Shown here: piece after piece, positions 10,001-23,577 of the stretch
Layout of the letters: the number at the start of each line of letters is the position of its first letter
Numbering within the stretch: position 1 is the first letter of the stretch
From: Torpedo marmorata
Lineage: Eukaryota
Reading direction: 5' to 3'
Length of the DNA stretch: 64,000 nucleotides
Assembly: GCA_977017645.1 (NCBI GenBank)
Contig: OZ360221.1
Span: 134,478,001-134,542,000 of the forward strand
Program-made: the position numbers and the translations under genes
Notes under the pieces: model-generated
Told to the model about the DNA's origin: nothing
What the model saw: only the letters and a program-made list of their open reading frames with translations
Database searches by the model: none

Positions 10001-11597
10001 GCCGTCACGGGGTTGCAGCTTCAGGACATCCTAGTCGGCACAGGTAACACTACCCTCTTGTGCGACGTGGCCATCGGGTAGGTTCGACCTATCATCCCAA
10101 CGGCATGGAGGCGACGAGTTTTTGACTCCATCCACGGGCTGGCACATCCATCAATCAGGACCATGGTCCGCTTGGTGGCCAGCAAGTACGCGTGGCATGG
10201 ATTGCGGAAACAAGTCAGCGGGTGGGCCAAGACATGCACACAGTGACAAACAGCCAAGGTACAGCGGCACACCAAGGTCCCCCCGCAGCCTTTCGAGTCA
10301 ACGGAGCGAAGGTTTGACCACATTCACGTGGACATAGTGGGACTCTTACCAGTTTCACAGGGTTTCCGCTACCTGTTCACGGTGGTCGACCATTTCACCC
10401 GGTGGCCAGAAGCAATCCCCCTGGCCGACACATCCACCAGGTCCTGCGCCAAGGCACTCGTCTCGTCCTGGGTAGCAAGGTTCAGGCTACCATGCCACAT
10501 AACCTCCGACAGAGGCGCACAATTTATATCCAGCCTGTGGACCGACGTTGCCAACTTGTGGGGCGTTCAGCTACAACACACAACAGCATACCACCCGCAG
10601 TCTAATGGGCTGGTTGAGCGCTTCCACAGGCACCTCAAGGCCGCCCTTATGACCAGACTCAAGGGCCCCAACTGGGTTGACGAACTGCCATAGGCACTGC
10701 TGGGGATTCGTACAGCCCCGAAGGAAGACCTCCACACATCCTCCGCCGAGCTCGTCTACGGAGCTCCACTCATGGTCCCCGGGGATTTCGTCCCACCGGC
10801 CAGAGGTCAACAGGAGGATACAACCACCTTCCTGGACAGGCTGCGGGAAAAGGTCGGTAACCTGGCTCCGATCCCACCCTCCAGATATGGGCAAGCCAAG
10901 TTCAACATCCCTAAAGAACTCCAAGACTGTGAGTATGTGTTCGTACGCAGAGGGCCACTCCGTCCACCGCTACAGAAGCCCTACGAAGGCCCCCTCCGAG
11001 TCGTCCGGAACAACGGGGCCACCTTCGAACTGGACATCGGTGGCAAACCAGAGGTCTTCACCACAGACAGGCTCAAAGCGGCACACACGGACCTGACACA
11101 ACCCGTGGAGACGCCAGCACCTCGGCGCAGAGGCAGACCACCAAAGACATTGGGGACTGCATCCATGTACACTATGAACTGTAGCGCCAGTTCTGGGGGG
11201 GAGTTCATGTGGCGGCCCACCACCGTGGAGATCGAGCCGGCACATCGCGTGGCGCGCACGATAGTAAACAGCGGCATAACACACTGTAACGCGACCCTTA
11301 GCATAGCAAACCGGCGCGGTTGAAAGCTGGAGCAGTACAAGACCAGCAGCCCTAAAATGGCGCTGGCCAAGCTGCCCAGCTAACAGATCAATAGCAGGCT
11401 GGGGAAGAAGGGTATTTATATGCAAGAACGTTCCCGCCCGCTATTTTTATTCATGCGGCTGATGTCAACCAATCAACCAAACGGCGGGAACTCCAACTGT
11501 ATAAAAGAAACATTTCCAGCCTCAATAAAGCAGAGAGCTTAACCTTCCACACTGTGTGTGTGTGTGTGTGTGTGTTTCTTCGTAGCAGTCGGCTACA
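7039..11597 (+). mobile_element. Gypsy/Ty3 LTR retrotransposon (CsRn1-like), full-length but decayed
   Basis: LTRs 7039-7418 and 11208-11597 (TG...CA); 4-bp TSD GTTG; degenerate tRNA-Trp-like PBS TGGTGACCTTGACG at 7421; PPT GGGGGGGAG before the 3' LTR; PR-RT-RH-IN order. Confidence 0.93.
7460..11200 (+). pseudogene. Gypsy gag-pol, disrupted by stops and frameshifts
   Basis: Gag KLPTFWTVRPGVWFDQAEAQF; protease LVDTGAEVS; RT YLDDILV; RNase H LTVDASG...FTDHKPL; integrase ITSDRGAQF...YHPQSNGLVERFHR; split over many ORFs. Confidence 0.9.
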
Positions 11598-14447
11598 GTT
11601 GCAATTTATGATTGCAGTTTACTTTTCTTCAATAAATATTTAGCAAAATAAATTTTGGCCTAGTCCCCTCTTCAGGAAAATTAAGAGCACTTAATTGCAG
11701 TTAAAATGCATAAGAAGTCTGTTGGGGCATAAACTCAGGAATACAAACACATAAATGCAGTGAAGTTGAATACTGAAGTTATTTTAATGATCACTACGAT
11801 ATCTTTAATGACTAATACAAGTGGCATAATTTAAATGAATCCATATTTTTGCAGATTATTTTCTCCCTTCGTAGTTGAATCTCTTCAGTATATTGAATTA
11901 TGTCAGCATATTGGAGATATGTCACCAATACTTTGTTTGAATTGAATTAGTATTCAAGGTTGACATCTTCCATGCCATCAAATCTGATTGCCTTTTATGT
12001 TTTACATTCATAGATTCATTATACTGCAAGGAAGCAGGCGCTTTGGCCAACTGCTCCAAGTCACACAAGATGCTTATTTAAGCGAATCCCATTTGTCTGT
12101 GTTTGGCCCATATCCTCTGGAGCTTTTCTATGCATTGTCTCTGATTAAATGATTTTTAAGTGTTGTAATTATACCTCTGTCTGTCACCCTCTCTGGCAGC
12201 TTGCACCATATCAACCACCTCGATTTCTCCACTCCCCTAATCCACTCTAACCTCAATTCCTCAGAACACACAGCACTGAACTCTCTTTGCACCAACCCTA
12301 ACCTCGTTACCACCCTTGGTCTTGATGAAGGATTCTGACCTAAAACCTCTTCTCAAGGTGGGACTGTGTGATCAACCCCTCCATATATTTTGCTGTGGCT
12401 GCTGCCCCCACAGGGTCTCTTATGCTAAAGCTTCTTAAAGATTCACTGAGAGTAAATGCAAAACAACCTAACTATATTTTGGACCCAAAACAGCTGCATC
12501 ATATATCACTCTGTGCCCAGTTACATGCAGATGCTTAAATAGAAGTTAAGCTTTAGTTAATTGATTATCAGCATTGGATCAAAGGGCTGAGTGACCTGTG
12601 TCCATGCTGTATCTCTATGATTTTGTGACTCAAATATGTTAGTTCCTCTCTATTAAACTGATCACTGATGTGCAGAAACCTAACTGGCTTAATATTCTGT
12701 GGTGAAAGGCAAGCCCAGCTGCCATCTAAAGGTAACTTTTTATTCAGGCTAATTTTGAAGCCTCTCTGCTTGGACAGAAAGGTAGTTTCTCCTCTGCCTC
12801 CCCTCCATTTACTCCTGATGTTCACACTCTGGTGAGTTAGGCTGCCTGAGATGAGTAAGGTACCTATGGGAGATGTGTCTGACCCTTGCAAGTAGCACAG
12901 AATAATTAACTGAAGGCCAGGGGCCATTCTGCAAAGGCATGTGCTGTTCATGCATTGTCAAGACCAGACCTGTAAGTAGATTAATTTCTACACCCTGTGT
13001 CATACATCTTTTTCTCCTACTTCAAACAATTTAAGGTTTAAACATAATCTTCCTTTTAGAAATGCTCCCTCATTAATTTTTACCATATTCTCTACCTCTT
13101 GATAATTTGTTATCGGATCTTTGAGGAAATGTCTACCTCTTCTTCACCACCAACATTAAGATAACTGGTCTATTCTTATTGACAGAATGAAGCAGAAACA
13201 TCCCTGATATAGTAGGGATGTTTTATAATAGTACAGGTAACTGTCCTGGAGTTGCAATATGTGTTAAGAACAATCAAATGCACAAAAATTTCTGACACTC
13301 ATTATTTTCTATTTAAGCCATTAGATCCAATTGTTGAGGAGATATGCAATGGGTCATACATTTACAACAAAAGCCGTCTCCTCTTCACAGCATGTAATGG
13401 AATGTAATTACAGATATTAATGGAAAGTGCCTGACTTCTTACTTCACCACCATCGCTTCAATGTGGGGCTATAGAGTCATCTCATGATGCTTGAAATAAT
13501 ATTTGAGTGTAATGCCTTTAAAGCTTCTATATGTCAAACTCCTTTGTGTCTTACGAAGGCTGAGACCTCACTATTGGCAGCTGCCTAATTTAAATTTGGT
13601 TAATTACCAGTAATTAAATACAAATGGAATAAGAATTTACTGTCAGTAGAGGTGACAGTGAAACAACTGGATTTTCATTTACACCACACCTAATTCACCA
13701 ATGCCCTCCAGGAAAGGGAATGTCTTATCCCTCCAGCATTTGAAGCCAGACTAACAATAACATGGTTGATTCTTGGTGCTCAAAAAAGCTTATCAACCTC
13801 TTAATTCTATCAAAACTCCTATTAAACTCTACTATAATTAAACCAACAGGGTCATCAATCTAACCAGCTGATTCAATCCTGCCAACCTTCAAAGATGTAA
13901 AAATTAATATGTAGACATTTTAGCAAAATTGGGGAAGAAATATTTCACAGACAAGCAATAGCCCAACATATTCATACTTAGAGAATCAGAACTTCAGCCA
14001 TCAGCATAGACTGTACACTGCAAAAGAGTGACTACACAGTGGTATGTCGTCAAGAAGAATGTCCTGGAAGCCCTCAACATTGACATGGGACACAATGAAG
14101 TCTCACACAATAAGGTTGAATATAGGTGAGGAAACATCTTTCTGATTACCACCAACCACACTCTCTCAGCTGATGAATCAACACTCACTATTTTTGAAGA
14201 CCATTTGAAAGACTCTCTGAGGGTAGCAAAGCCATCCGAACCTATGAATATGATTTAAGGTCAATGAAACATTGTCACTGCTGTAATACAGGACAAATCA
14301 GGAATGGCCACAGTGGGGGGCGTGGTTTGATGGCGTAGGTTGGAGACGTGGAAATACACCTCTCTCCACAGATTTAATCAAAAACTGTTTATAAGAAACT
14401 TTATTTAGTTTTAAAATAAGTTAAGAGTGTTTAATAAAGGCTTAAGA

Positions 14448-15835
14448 ATGGCTACAAGAAAAACGAAAGAACAAAAGGCAAGGAAAGTAGTGCTTCAACA
14501 AAGTTTATTTCAAGAGGAAGACCAGCCTACCTGCTTGATGGAGCCTCAGGTTCAAGTTTCTCTCCCTCCCAGGAACACTCGGACGAGGGCGCCTAGAGCT
14601 ATTGAAGCGCCGGCGCTGCCGTCCCGGGGAGCTGGGGAAGATGGTGCTGGTGCTCGAAGGAAGATGACAAAACTCCAAATTTCAAGTGAGCAACCGCGCA
14701 TGCGCGATAGACAATAGGAGCTGTCAGCTAAGGCTGACAGCAAAGGAGACGTCCCACAATCATTACAATATGATGTGGGACTTGAAACTTCATCAGATTC
14801 AGAAGAAAAAAAGAGAGAGAAGAAAGAAGTAATGGAGGAGGAAATAGAAGAAATGGAGGGAGAGGCTGAAGAATCAAGTGGAGAAGAGATTGAAGTATCG
14901 GTAGCTCAACAAATACTTAAGGCTATTGATAGCTTAACAAAGAAGATGTCAAAGATGGAACATCGTTTGGAACTTAGACTTAATGGAATTGAAGAAGAAA
15001 TGAAAGCTAACAATCAAGATATGAGAAGACAGATAAATACTGTGAATATAGTAAAAGTGAAAGTTCAATAAATTGAAAAGGATGTTAAAGAACATTATGA
15101 AGAAATGGTGGATTATAAAGATAGAGTTGATAAAGTAGAAGATTCATTTACAGGTTGGGAGCAGCAAAGAAATGAACTTTTACAAAAGTTGGATGTATTG
15201 GACAATCAGAGTCAGAGGAACAATATTAAAATTGTGGGATTACCTGAAAACTTTGAAGGGTATGATACGACTGCATTCTTTCAAAAATGGATTCCAGATG
15301 CTCTGGTTATTGATAATTTTCCGTATGGACTGGAGTTAGAGAAAGCACATAGAGTTGGTAGGGGAAAACCGTATCTTGGTCAAAGGCCACGTTCAGTTTT
15401 AGTTAAATGTCTTTGATATCCGGATAAAGAGAAGGTATTGAAATTAGCTGTTTAAAACGCTAAGTCGCAGAATGGTCCACTGATGGTTCAGAAGAATAGA
15501 GTTTTCTTTTATCCTGATTTAAGTTCAGTTATAGTTAAAAAACGAAAGGAATTTAATCCAGCAAAAGCGATTTTTTGGAATAAGGGATATAAGTTTTCGT
15601 TTAGATATCCTGCGGTTTTGAAGGTTCAGTCTACAGGGAATCAATCTTGTTTTTTTACGGATTGTCAACAAGCTTTCCAACATGCAAATTCTCTTCCATA
15701 TTTGAAGAAAGATCAAGATTTGAAGGAACATCACCAAGTTCAAGTTTCTTTGCCAAGTACTTCAGAAAAAGAGGATGAGGCCGGGATTGAGATTGATGAC
15801 GACCAAGTTCATTAGGACCTTGAAGAAGCTAAATG
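14448..15835 (+). pseudogene. L1 ORF1p (coiled coil, RRM, CTD) with in-frame stops
   Basis: NQSQRNNIKIVGLPE, LELEKAHRV, RPRSVLVKCL, RVFFYPDLS, FRYPAVLKV motifs. Confidence 0.88.
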
Positions 15836-16120
15836 AAGATATGATAATAAATGTTGTGTAAAATCTATTGGGGGGGGGGGGGGTGGACTTTTTGTTTTCT
15901 CCTTCCTAGCCGCACACCACTTTAGTGGTGAGGGCCACTTCCCGAGTAATGGAGGGGGCTAATACTGGGGTAATTTTGCCAGTATTGTATACAGTGGGAT
16001 TTTGTTTCTTTTTTATTTTCTTTTTCTTTCTTTCTCTTTTTAAGGAGATGTCAAATAGATTACGAATGTGGAGCAGGGTGCTGGTGGATCTGATGGAGAG
16101 AGAGTTATTAAGAATTAGTA

Positions 16121-19100
16121 ATGGTGGATAGTAAATCAATAAATGTAGTAAGTATTAATATAAATGGGCTAAATAACCCGATTAAAAGGAAGAAAACTTT
16201 AGCGTATATTAAAAAGTTAAATGTAGATATAGCTTTTTTACAAGAGACACATTTGACAGATTTAGAACATCAGAAGTTGAAGAGAGAATGGGTTGGTCAA
16301 ATGGTTGCATCTTCATTTAATTCTAAAGCAAGAGGAGTTGCTATATTAGTTAATAAAAAGTTATCTTTTAAAATACAATCTGTGGTTATAGATGTGGTAG
16401 GTAGATATGTTTTAATACATTGTCAGATATATTCAGAAATGTGGACACTTATGAATATATATATGTACCAAATATGGAAGATGAACAATTCATTCAAGAT
16501 TCTTTTATGCATTTGTCAGAAGCTAATGACAATATTTTAATTGGTGGGGATTTTAATTGTTGTTTAGATCCGATAATGGATAAAACATCGAAATCAGTTG
16601 TTAAAACTAAAATTGCTAAAAGAATTCTTATTTTGATGAAAGATTTAAATTTAATAGATATTTGGAGAAAGTTGAATCCAAGAGAAAAAGATTATTCTTT
16701 TTATTCTTTTAGACATGATTCATATTCTAGGATAGATATGTTTTTGTTGTCCTCACAAGTACAAGATAGGGTAACACAAGCACATTTTAAAGCAAGAATA
16801 ATTTCTGATCATTCGTCTTTATTAATGTCTTGTATAATTCCAGAAAAATAAAAAAACTATATATAGGTGGAGATTTAATTCCTCTTTATTAAAAAGAATG
16901 GATTTTTGTAATTATATAAGAAGAGAAATTCAAGAATTTTTACAGATTAATTCTAATTCGATTGATAATAAATTTATTATTTGGGAAGCTTTAAAGGCTT
17001 ATTTAAGAGGCCAAATAATAAGTTATTCAGCAAAAGTTAAGAAGGAATATGTTCGGGAGGTGGATAATTTGGAGTGGGAGATTGAATTCTTGGAGAAGGA
17101 CTTGCAAAAAAAGAGATCAAAAGAAAAGAGGAAAAATTTAATTGGGAAAAAAATTGTATTATAATATGTTACAAACACATAAAATGTAAAAATTAATTGA
17201 AAGAACTAAGCAAAGATATTATGAATTGGGAGAAAGAGCACATAAAGTGTTGGCGTGGCAATTAAAGAAAGATCAAACCTCAAGAACTATAAATGCTATA
17301 AAAAAGAATTCCAAGAAAATAACATATAAACCTCGAGAAATAAATGGTTCTTTTAAGGATTTTTATTTGAACATATAAATTTCAAATTGATAAAGATGAT
17401 TCGAAAATTAATGAATTCCTATCTAAAATTAAATTACCTAGATTAAATACTCAAAGTAAAGAACTTTTAGATTTGTCTTTTTCAATGAGGGAAGTTAATG
17501 ATGTTCTTAGTTCTTTAACGAGTGGTAAATCTCCAGGGGAGGATGGTTTCCCATCAGAATTTTATAAGGAGTTTAAAGATTTATTGATACCTCCATATAT
17601 GGATGTGTTGAAACAAATAACGGAAACTCATTCATTACCGGAAACATTTTTGAATGCAATAATTACAGTTATACCTAAAAAAGGTAGAGATGTGTTGAAA
17701 ACAGAATCATATAGACCAATTTCATTGTTAAATGTGGATTATAAGATAATGGCAAAAAAATTAGCAAATAGAGTGGATAATTATTTACCAGATTTAATCC
17801 ATGTAGATCAAGCTGGTTTTATTAAGAATAGATACTCAAAAGATAATATAGCTAGATTAATTAGTTTAATTAATGTAGCACAAAAAAAGAGGACCTAGCA
17901 TTAGTATTAACATTAGATGCTGAAAAGGCTTTTGACAGATTAGAGTGGAATTATTTATTTGAGGTATTGGGGAAATTTGGTTTTGGAACTACATTTATTG
18001 ATTGGATTAAAACTATATATAAAGAACCATCTGCTAAAGTGGTGACAAATGGACAAATTTCTTCAAAATTTTCTTTGACTAGGTCAACTAGACAAGGATG
18101 TCCTATGTCGCCTGCATTGTTTATTTTAGCAATAGAACCTTTAGCAGAATTAATTAGACAAGATACTAAGATTGTAGGCATTAAAGTTGGAAGAGAAGAG
18201 CATAAAATTAGTTTATTTGCAGATGATGTATTGATTTATATGACAAAACCTATTATTTCTTTAATACAATTGAATGTTTTATTGAAAGAATATGGGGAAA
18301 TATCTGGTTATAAGATTAATTCTGATAAAAGTGAAATTATGGCATTGACACAAGGGGATTATAATAAATGTAAAGAAATTACACAAATTAAATGGTCAAA
18401 TGAAGGAATTAAATATTTGGGAATAAAGATTGATACAAAATTAGCTAATTTATATAAATTAAATTATTTACCATTATTTATGAAAATTAAAAAAGATTTA
18501 GAAAGTTTGAAGGATTTACCTATAACTTTAATAGGAAGGGTAAACTGTATTAAAATGAATGTCTTTCCAAGAATTCAATATCTTTTTCAATCAATTCCTT
18601 ACAAAATCCCTTCAAAATTTTTTAAGGATTTAAATTTAATTATTAGGAAGTTTTTGTGGAAAGGAAAGTTGGCTAGAGTAGGTATGGAGGAGTTAACTTG
18701 GAATTGTGAAATGGGTGGTTTACAACTTCCTAATTTTCAAAATTATTATAAAGCAGCTCAATTAAAATTTGTTAATGAAATGTTTGATTTAGGTAAGTCT
18801 TCTGCTTGGATTAGAATAGAACTAAATAATATAGGAGAAGATTTGAAAGAAGAAGATATTTATAAATGGAATTCTAAATTATTATTAACAATTGGCAAGA
18901 ATTCTCCTATTTTTAAACATTTGTTAGAAATATGGAATAGAGTGGATAGGGAGATAGGAGGGAAAGGGTCGATTTCTCAAAAAATGCCTTTATATCAAAA
19001 TAAACTTATTCCATTTACTGTTGATAAAATTTGGTTCCAAAAGGGAATTAAGAAAATAAATGATTGTTTTGAAGCTAGTAAATTTATTACTTTTCAAAGA

Positions 19101-19899
19101 ATGAAAGATAAGTTTAATGTATTGAACAATACACTTTTTGCTTATTATCAAATTAGAGCATTTTTAGTTGGGAAGTTAGGTTATAGTTTGACTCTACGAA
19201 GACAGAGTGAACTAGAATTATTAGTTACTAATGGAGGTGTAAATAAATTTATTTCTCAAATGTATAGATTGTTTCAGAGAAAAATCCCTAAAGTAGGAAT
19301 TCATAAATCAAGATTAAAATGGGAATCAGATTTGAATGTAACAATAGATGAAGAACATTGGAAAGAATTATGTAAACTAAGTATGACGAAGATTATTAAT
19401 GTTAGATATAGATTAGTGCAATATAATTTTTTTCATCAATTATATTTAACGCCTAAAAAATTAAAGAAATTTAATTCGACATTATCAGGTTTATGTTTTA
19501 GATGAAATAGAGAGGAAGATTCTTTTGTACATTCTACATGGTTTTGTCCAAAGATATATGATTTTTGGTTGAAAGTTTAAAAACTTTTTAGATAAAGTAT
19601 TGAGTATTACACTTCCAATGGACCCTATGATATTTTTGTTTGGAGATATTAAAAGAACTAGTATTAAGATGAAATTAAATATGTATCAAATAGAATTTTT
19701 GCGAATTGCTTTAGCTGTTTCTAAGAAATGCATTGCTATTACTTGGAAATCTGATGTAGATTTAGGGTTAGAAAGATGGCATGCAGAACTTCGTTCATGT
19801 ATACCACTTGAAAAAATTACTTATAATTTACGTAATAAATATCATTTATTTTTGAAAATATGGAGCCCATATATAAAAATTGTTGGTTTAAGGATTTGA
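16121..19899 (+). pseudogene. L1 ORF2p (APE endonuclease, RT, Cys-rich C-terminus), fragmented
   Basis: SININGLN, FLQETH, GGDFN, ISDH endonuclease motifs; KSPGEDGF, TRQGCPMSP, LFADD RT motifs; CFR...H..W.CP C-terminus. Confidence 0.92.
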
Positions 19900-20818
19900 A
19901 GATCTCTGGACATCGGATCTGACTGGCGAACCTATCTTCCACAATAAAATCAGTTTATAGTTGTTTTTTTTTTAGATTGACATTCTCCTTACTCTATCTT
20001 TTTCTTTCTTTCTTTCTTTTTTATTTTAGTAGATTAGTAGGGGTGGGAGGGTTAGGGAGGGGAGGGAGGGGGGGGGTGAAAATGTATCGCATGTATTTTG
20101 ATAATTTTATATTTTAACTTAAGTATTTTGTGATTTAAAAATTTTAAATAAAATATTTTTTTTAAAAAAGGAATAGCCATAATATAATCTCTTCTGATAA
20201 TGTACTCAAAGCTCTGGAGAGGGCATCAAACCTTTCACCTTGTAGCCTCAGACAAGAAAACCATCACTCGACCAAGGCTGCTATTCACCTTGTCGTCATA
20301 TGAAATACGTGGTGCTATTAAATGAATTAGTTCTGCTCTTAATTAATTGCCTTAAGTAATATTTTAACCAGCTGGGTTAAAATATTTTGTTGTGTATGTA
20401 ATATCTAGTTTCAAATATGGAAATCTGCATTAATACAAATTAAAGTCAATACCAAGGCTCTCATTTTCTGAAATATGACAAATCAACATAAAACTAATAG
20501 TTTTTTCTCTTTATGTTAGACTTTTTAACCCTGAAAACATTTGTTTGTTAAATGGAAAAAAAATAAATCATCTTTAATTGTGTTCAAATGTCTTGTAAAA
20601 TGTTAATAGAGAAATGAAGAACATTTCCTAACATGCGTGAACTGTTGGCATTTAACTGAGTGCTGGCAATATTAACTGAAGGGAAAATAAGAAGTCAGGT
20701 TTCATCATGAACATTGTACAACACAACAATTTCTGTTTCAGCTGATTGAGCTGCATTGTTCAGCTCCCTGTATAAATCCCTTGAATGTCCTGTATTTGCT
20801 TTCTCTTCTGTGTAACAG

Positions 20819-20934
20819 AGTGATGAAGTGAGTACCATCCGAATGAAAGAACAAGGCCATGATGTACTCATCCTGAAAAAGGTGTCGTCATCTAGCCCAG
20901 CCCCCGTGGCAGGGAGTGCCCTGAATGATATGAG
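20819..20934 (+). CDS. RAPGEF5: RAPGEF5 coding exon (long isoform)
   Basis: Pyrimidine tract and cag acceptor, gtaagt donor; encodes SDEVSTIRMKEQGHDVLILKKVSSSSPAPVAGSALNDMR, matching recalled RAPGEF5 DEVTTVQVKEQDQSVLVLKKV...PAPTAGSA; phase 2 joins 21283 in frame. Confidence 0.85.
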
Positions 20935-21076
20935 GTAAGTGGTTCACATACTCTGCAGAGCACACAGCAGCCAGATGGATCATATCAGCTGAAGACTCTC
21001 AGTAGTGTAGAGCAAAATACAACACGCATATTACTTAATTCTCTGACAGTTAGGAATGAAATAATAAGAGAACACA

Positions 21077-21371
21077 ATGGGAAGTTCAATACTAAGACTT
21101 TTTCATCCATATTTAGAAGATGAAAGGGTTTCGAAAATCTTTGCAGATAGTAATGGCATGACCTTGCCTGCTTTTGATGTGCCTTCTTTTAAATACATTG
21201 ATGAGGATTCAGAGGATGAATGGAGTAATCCTTCACTATCCTCAGCAGAAGAAGATATAGTCAAATCTTCACTGTCTAACAGGTATGTGGTGGTGGCTGG
21301 AACCCCTGAAAAAATTCTGGAGCACCTGCTCAATGATATACACCTGGAGGAAGGTGAATGCAAAGAGGCAG
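21077..21371 (+). CDS. RAPGEF5: RAPGEF5 short-isoform first coding exon; internal acceptor at 21283 used by the long isoform (start of REM domain)
   Basis: MGSSILRLFHPYLE...LPAFDVPSFKYIDEDSEDEWS...RYVVVAGTPEKILEHLLNDIHLEE closely matches the recalled N-terminus of human short RAPGEF5 (MGSSRLRVFDPHLE...LPTFDVPYFKYIDEE...RYVVVSGTPEKILEHLLNDLHLEE); gtaagg donor at 21372. Confidence 0.92.
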
Positions 21372-21934
21372 GTAAGGGCAATAATCTTGCCTTTAAATCA
21401 AATAAATACATTTATATGTGACTATTACTTAAAATGTTTTATCTGTGACCACTGCTGAATGCTGTATTTCAGGTCATCATTATTTTGATATCCCTTTGAA
21501 TCAATATCGTTGTTAATTGTTTAGTAGAATACACTCATGGTGGACCACACGAATGTCAAAATGCCTAGGATTTTACTGGTTTCTGAAGTGTTAGCAAAGA
21601 TTTTATTACTGTTTGCAGAATGTCAAATTCAAAGTGGTAATTTTAAATGAGCCATTGTCTGCTGGCATTTCTTCATTCCTGTAATACAAACTGTAAATCC
21701 AAAGCAAATAAGTGCTCAGAGTAGAAAAACTAGTGAAAACAATAGGAAAGGTGTGACCCCAGAATTTATTTGTGATATATTGAGTTAAACAACATTGCAT
21801 TGAGCTGAACAATATTGCTGTTTTATAATAGTTACTGCAAGAAACAAGAGCATGCAAACATGATGATGATTATATTGAGAAAATAAAAGATTCCAAACCT
21901 TCAAACTTGAACCCTACTCCTACAATCTTTAGAA

Positions 21935-22050
21935 GTAAACACGAAAATCTGTAGACACCGTGGTTAGAGTAAAAAACACAAAAGCTGGAGAACTCAGCAG
22001 GTCAAACAGTGTCTTTTATGTAGCAAAGGAAGAAATACATAACCGACTTT
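21935..22050. mobile_element. Penelope-like terminal repeat fragments (related pieces at ~24865-25255 and ~29808-29945)
   Basis: Shared sequence acacgaaa(g/a)tctg..agac...gtaaaaacaca...gctggagaa.ctcagcaggtcaaacag; hammerhead-like core at 25163-25190. Confidence 0.5.
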
Positions 22051-23577
22051 TAGGGTGATCCAATTAATCACTTTACATTTCATGTTCTCCATCTGGATGT
22101 AATGTATCTCTGTGAAGAAAATAAACACGATTCAGAATTAAGGTAAATGCAAGTCATTCATTACTGTTGAACTTTAAATATGATGAATATCATGCCAGAA
22201 ATCAATTTGCAGATATAATGGTCCCATTAAACTCTCATTTAAACAGATACTTCCTTCATCGTGCAGTGGGTCAGTTACATTCTGTTGATGCACTTGAAAC
22301 TGAATTATTCTCTGGTTATTCGAAAAGTTTGAATTTTGAATTCTAACATAATAGTCAAGTCTGTGGGATTATAGAGAATGAATTGAAAACTGACTTTAGA
22401 TTTTGAGTTTACTTGCCAGATTTGTGAATAATGTTGGAAAAAATCCTAAATCCTGTTTGTTTTAGAATAAATAAAAAATGCTGTGGAGAGGAGCCCTGGA
22501 TCAGGGTGGAGAGGAGCTTCCTTCCATCTCACCTGCAGTCTGCATCCTTCTGAGACTAGGATTTGTTTCTGGCAAGCTTCTCCTGATACTTGCATGCTAC
22601 GTCTGAGTGAGGAAGAGATGTTCCTGTGCCACAATGTTGATGGGAAGTGGAGGGGGTGTGGCAGAAATTCACCAGGAAGTTGCTGGGAATGAAGTGTTTT
22701 TGTCATGAAAAGGGATAGACTAGATATGTTTTCCATAGCACGGGAAAGGCTGACAGGGGTCTTGATTGGGGTGTACAAAATTATGCATAGCATGTATAGG
22801 GTGGGCGGTGAGAATCTTTTCCTCTCATCAAAGGTGCTTATGACCAAAAGACATAGATAGACTTAAGGTAAGAAGTAGGAAATTTAGAGGGGATTCAAGG
22901 AAGATTTTTTTTCATCGAGAGGGTGGTTTAAATCTGGAACTCACCATCTGAGTGGCTGTGGAGACAGGTATTGCAACAACGTTTAAGTATTTTGAAGAGC
23001 ACTTGACTCAAGGCTATGGACGAAATGCAGGGAAATGAGATGAATATTGAAAGATGGCTGGCACAGACATGGAGAATTAACAGGCCTGTTTCTGAATGTC
23101 ATGACTATGACTTTATCTGCATGCACACGGGCACATTAAATGGTTATTATGCGGCATTCCATCAACTCTCTTAGTTTCGGCCCTGATGATAGTCATGTGG
23201 GAGATGGCTGAATGGGAAATACAGGGTAGAGGCCTTTCCTTTGTGAACTGCATCATCCTGGAAGGCACAAAGGACAATAGAAGATGTCTGGAGCTGGAGC
23301 TTGTCCAGAAGTGGAAAGATGTAAACTGAGCAAGAGCATGAGAGAGAAGTGCAGAGGGATGGGCTGGTGAGGACTCATTAGAGAAGAATGGTGCTGTAGG
23401 TCATGGGATTAGCCTGATGAGCTGGAAACAAAGCCTTGGGGAGGATTAGGGGTGAGATGAAGGAGATGAAATCTGGGGGAGGATTGGGGGTGAGATGAAG
23501 GAGATGAAATCTGGTTGTAGGACTGGTTGTTAAAAAAATCTTGAGCTTGGGAGGCAGTGAGAGGAGCAAAATAGTTG

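Larger units (their letters stand above)
14315..20168 (+). mobile_element. Full-length LINE-1 (L1), inactivated
   Basis: G-rich 5' end, ORF1 and ORF2, G-rich 3' UTR, AATAAA and A-rich tail; degenerate 15-bp TSD AGGAATGGCCACAGT (14300-14314) / AGGAATAGCCATAAT (20169-20183). Confidence 0.92.

Noticed and set aside
20040-20078. G-quadruplex-like tract in the L1 3' UTR and poly-G at ~15869
   Set aside because: Ordinary L1 features.
21372-21421. Extension of the RAPGEF5 ORF to the stop at 21421
   Set aside because: Read-through past the gtaagg donor; homology continues at exon 55270.
23438-23514. Local ~37-bp tandem duplication
   Set aside because: Two copies only, inside decayed repeat sequence; no sign of function.
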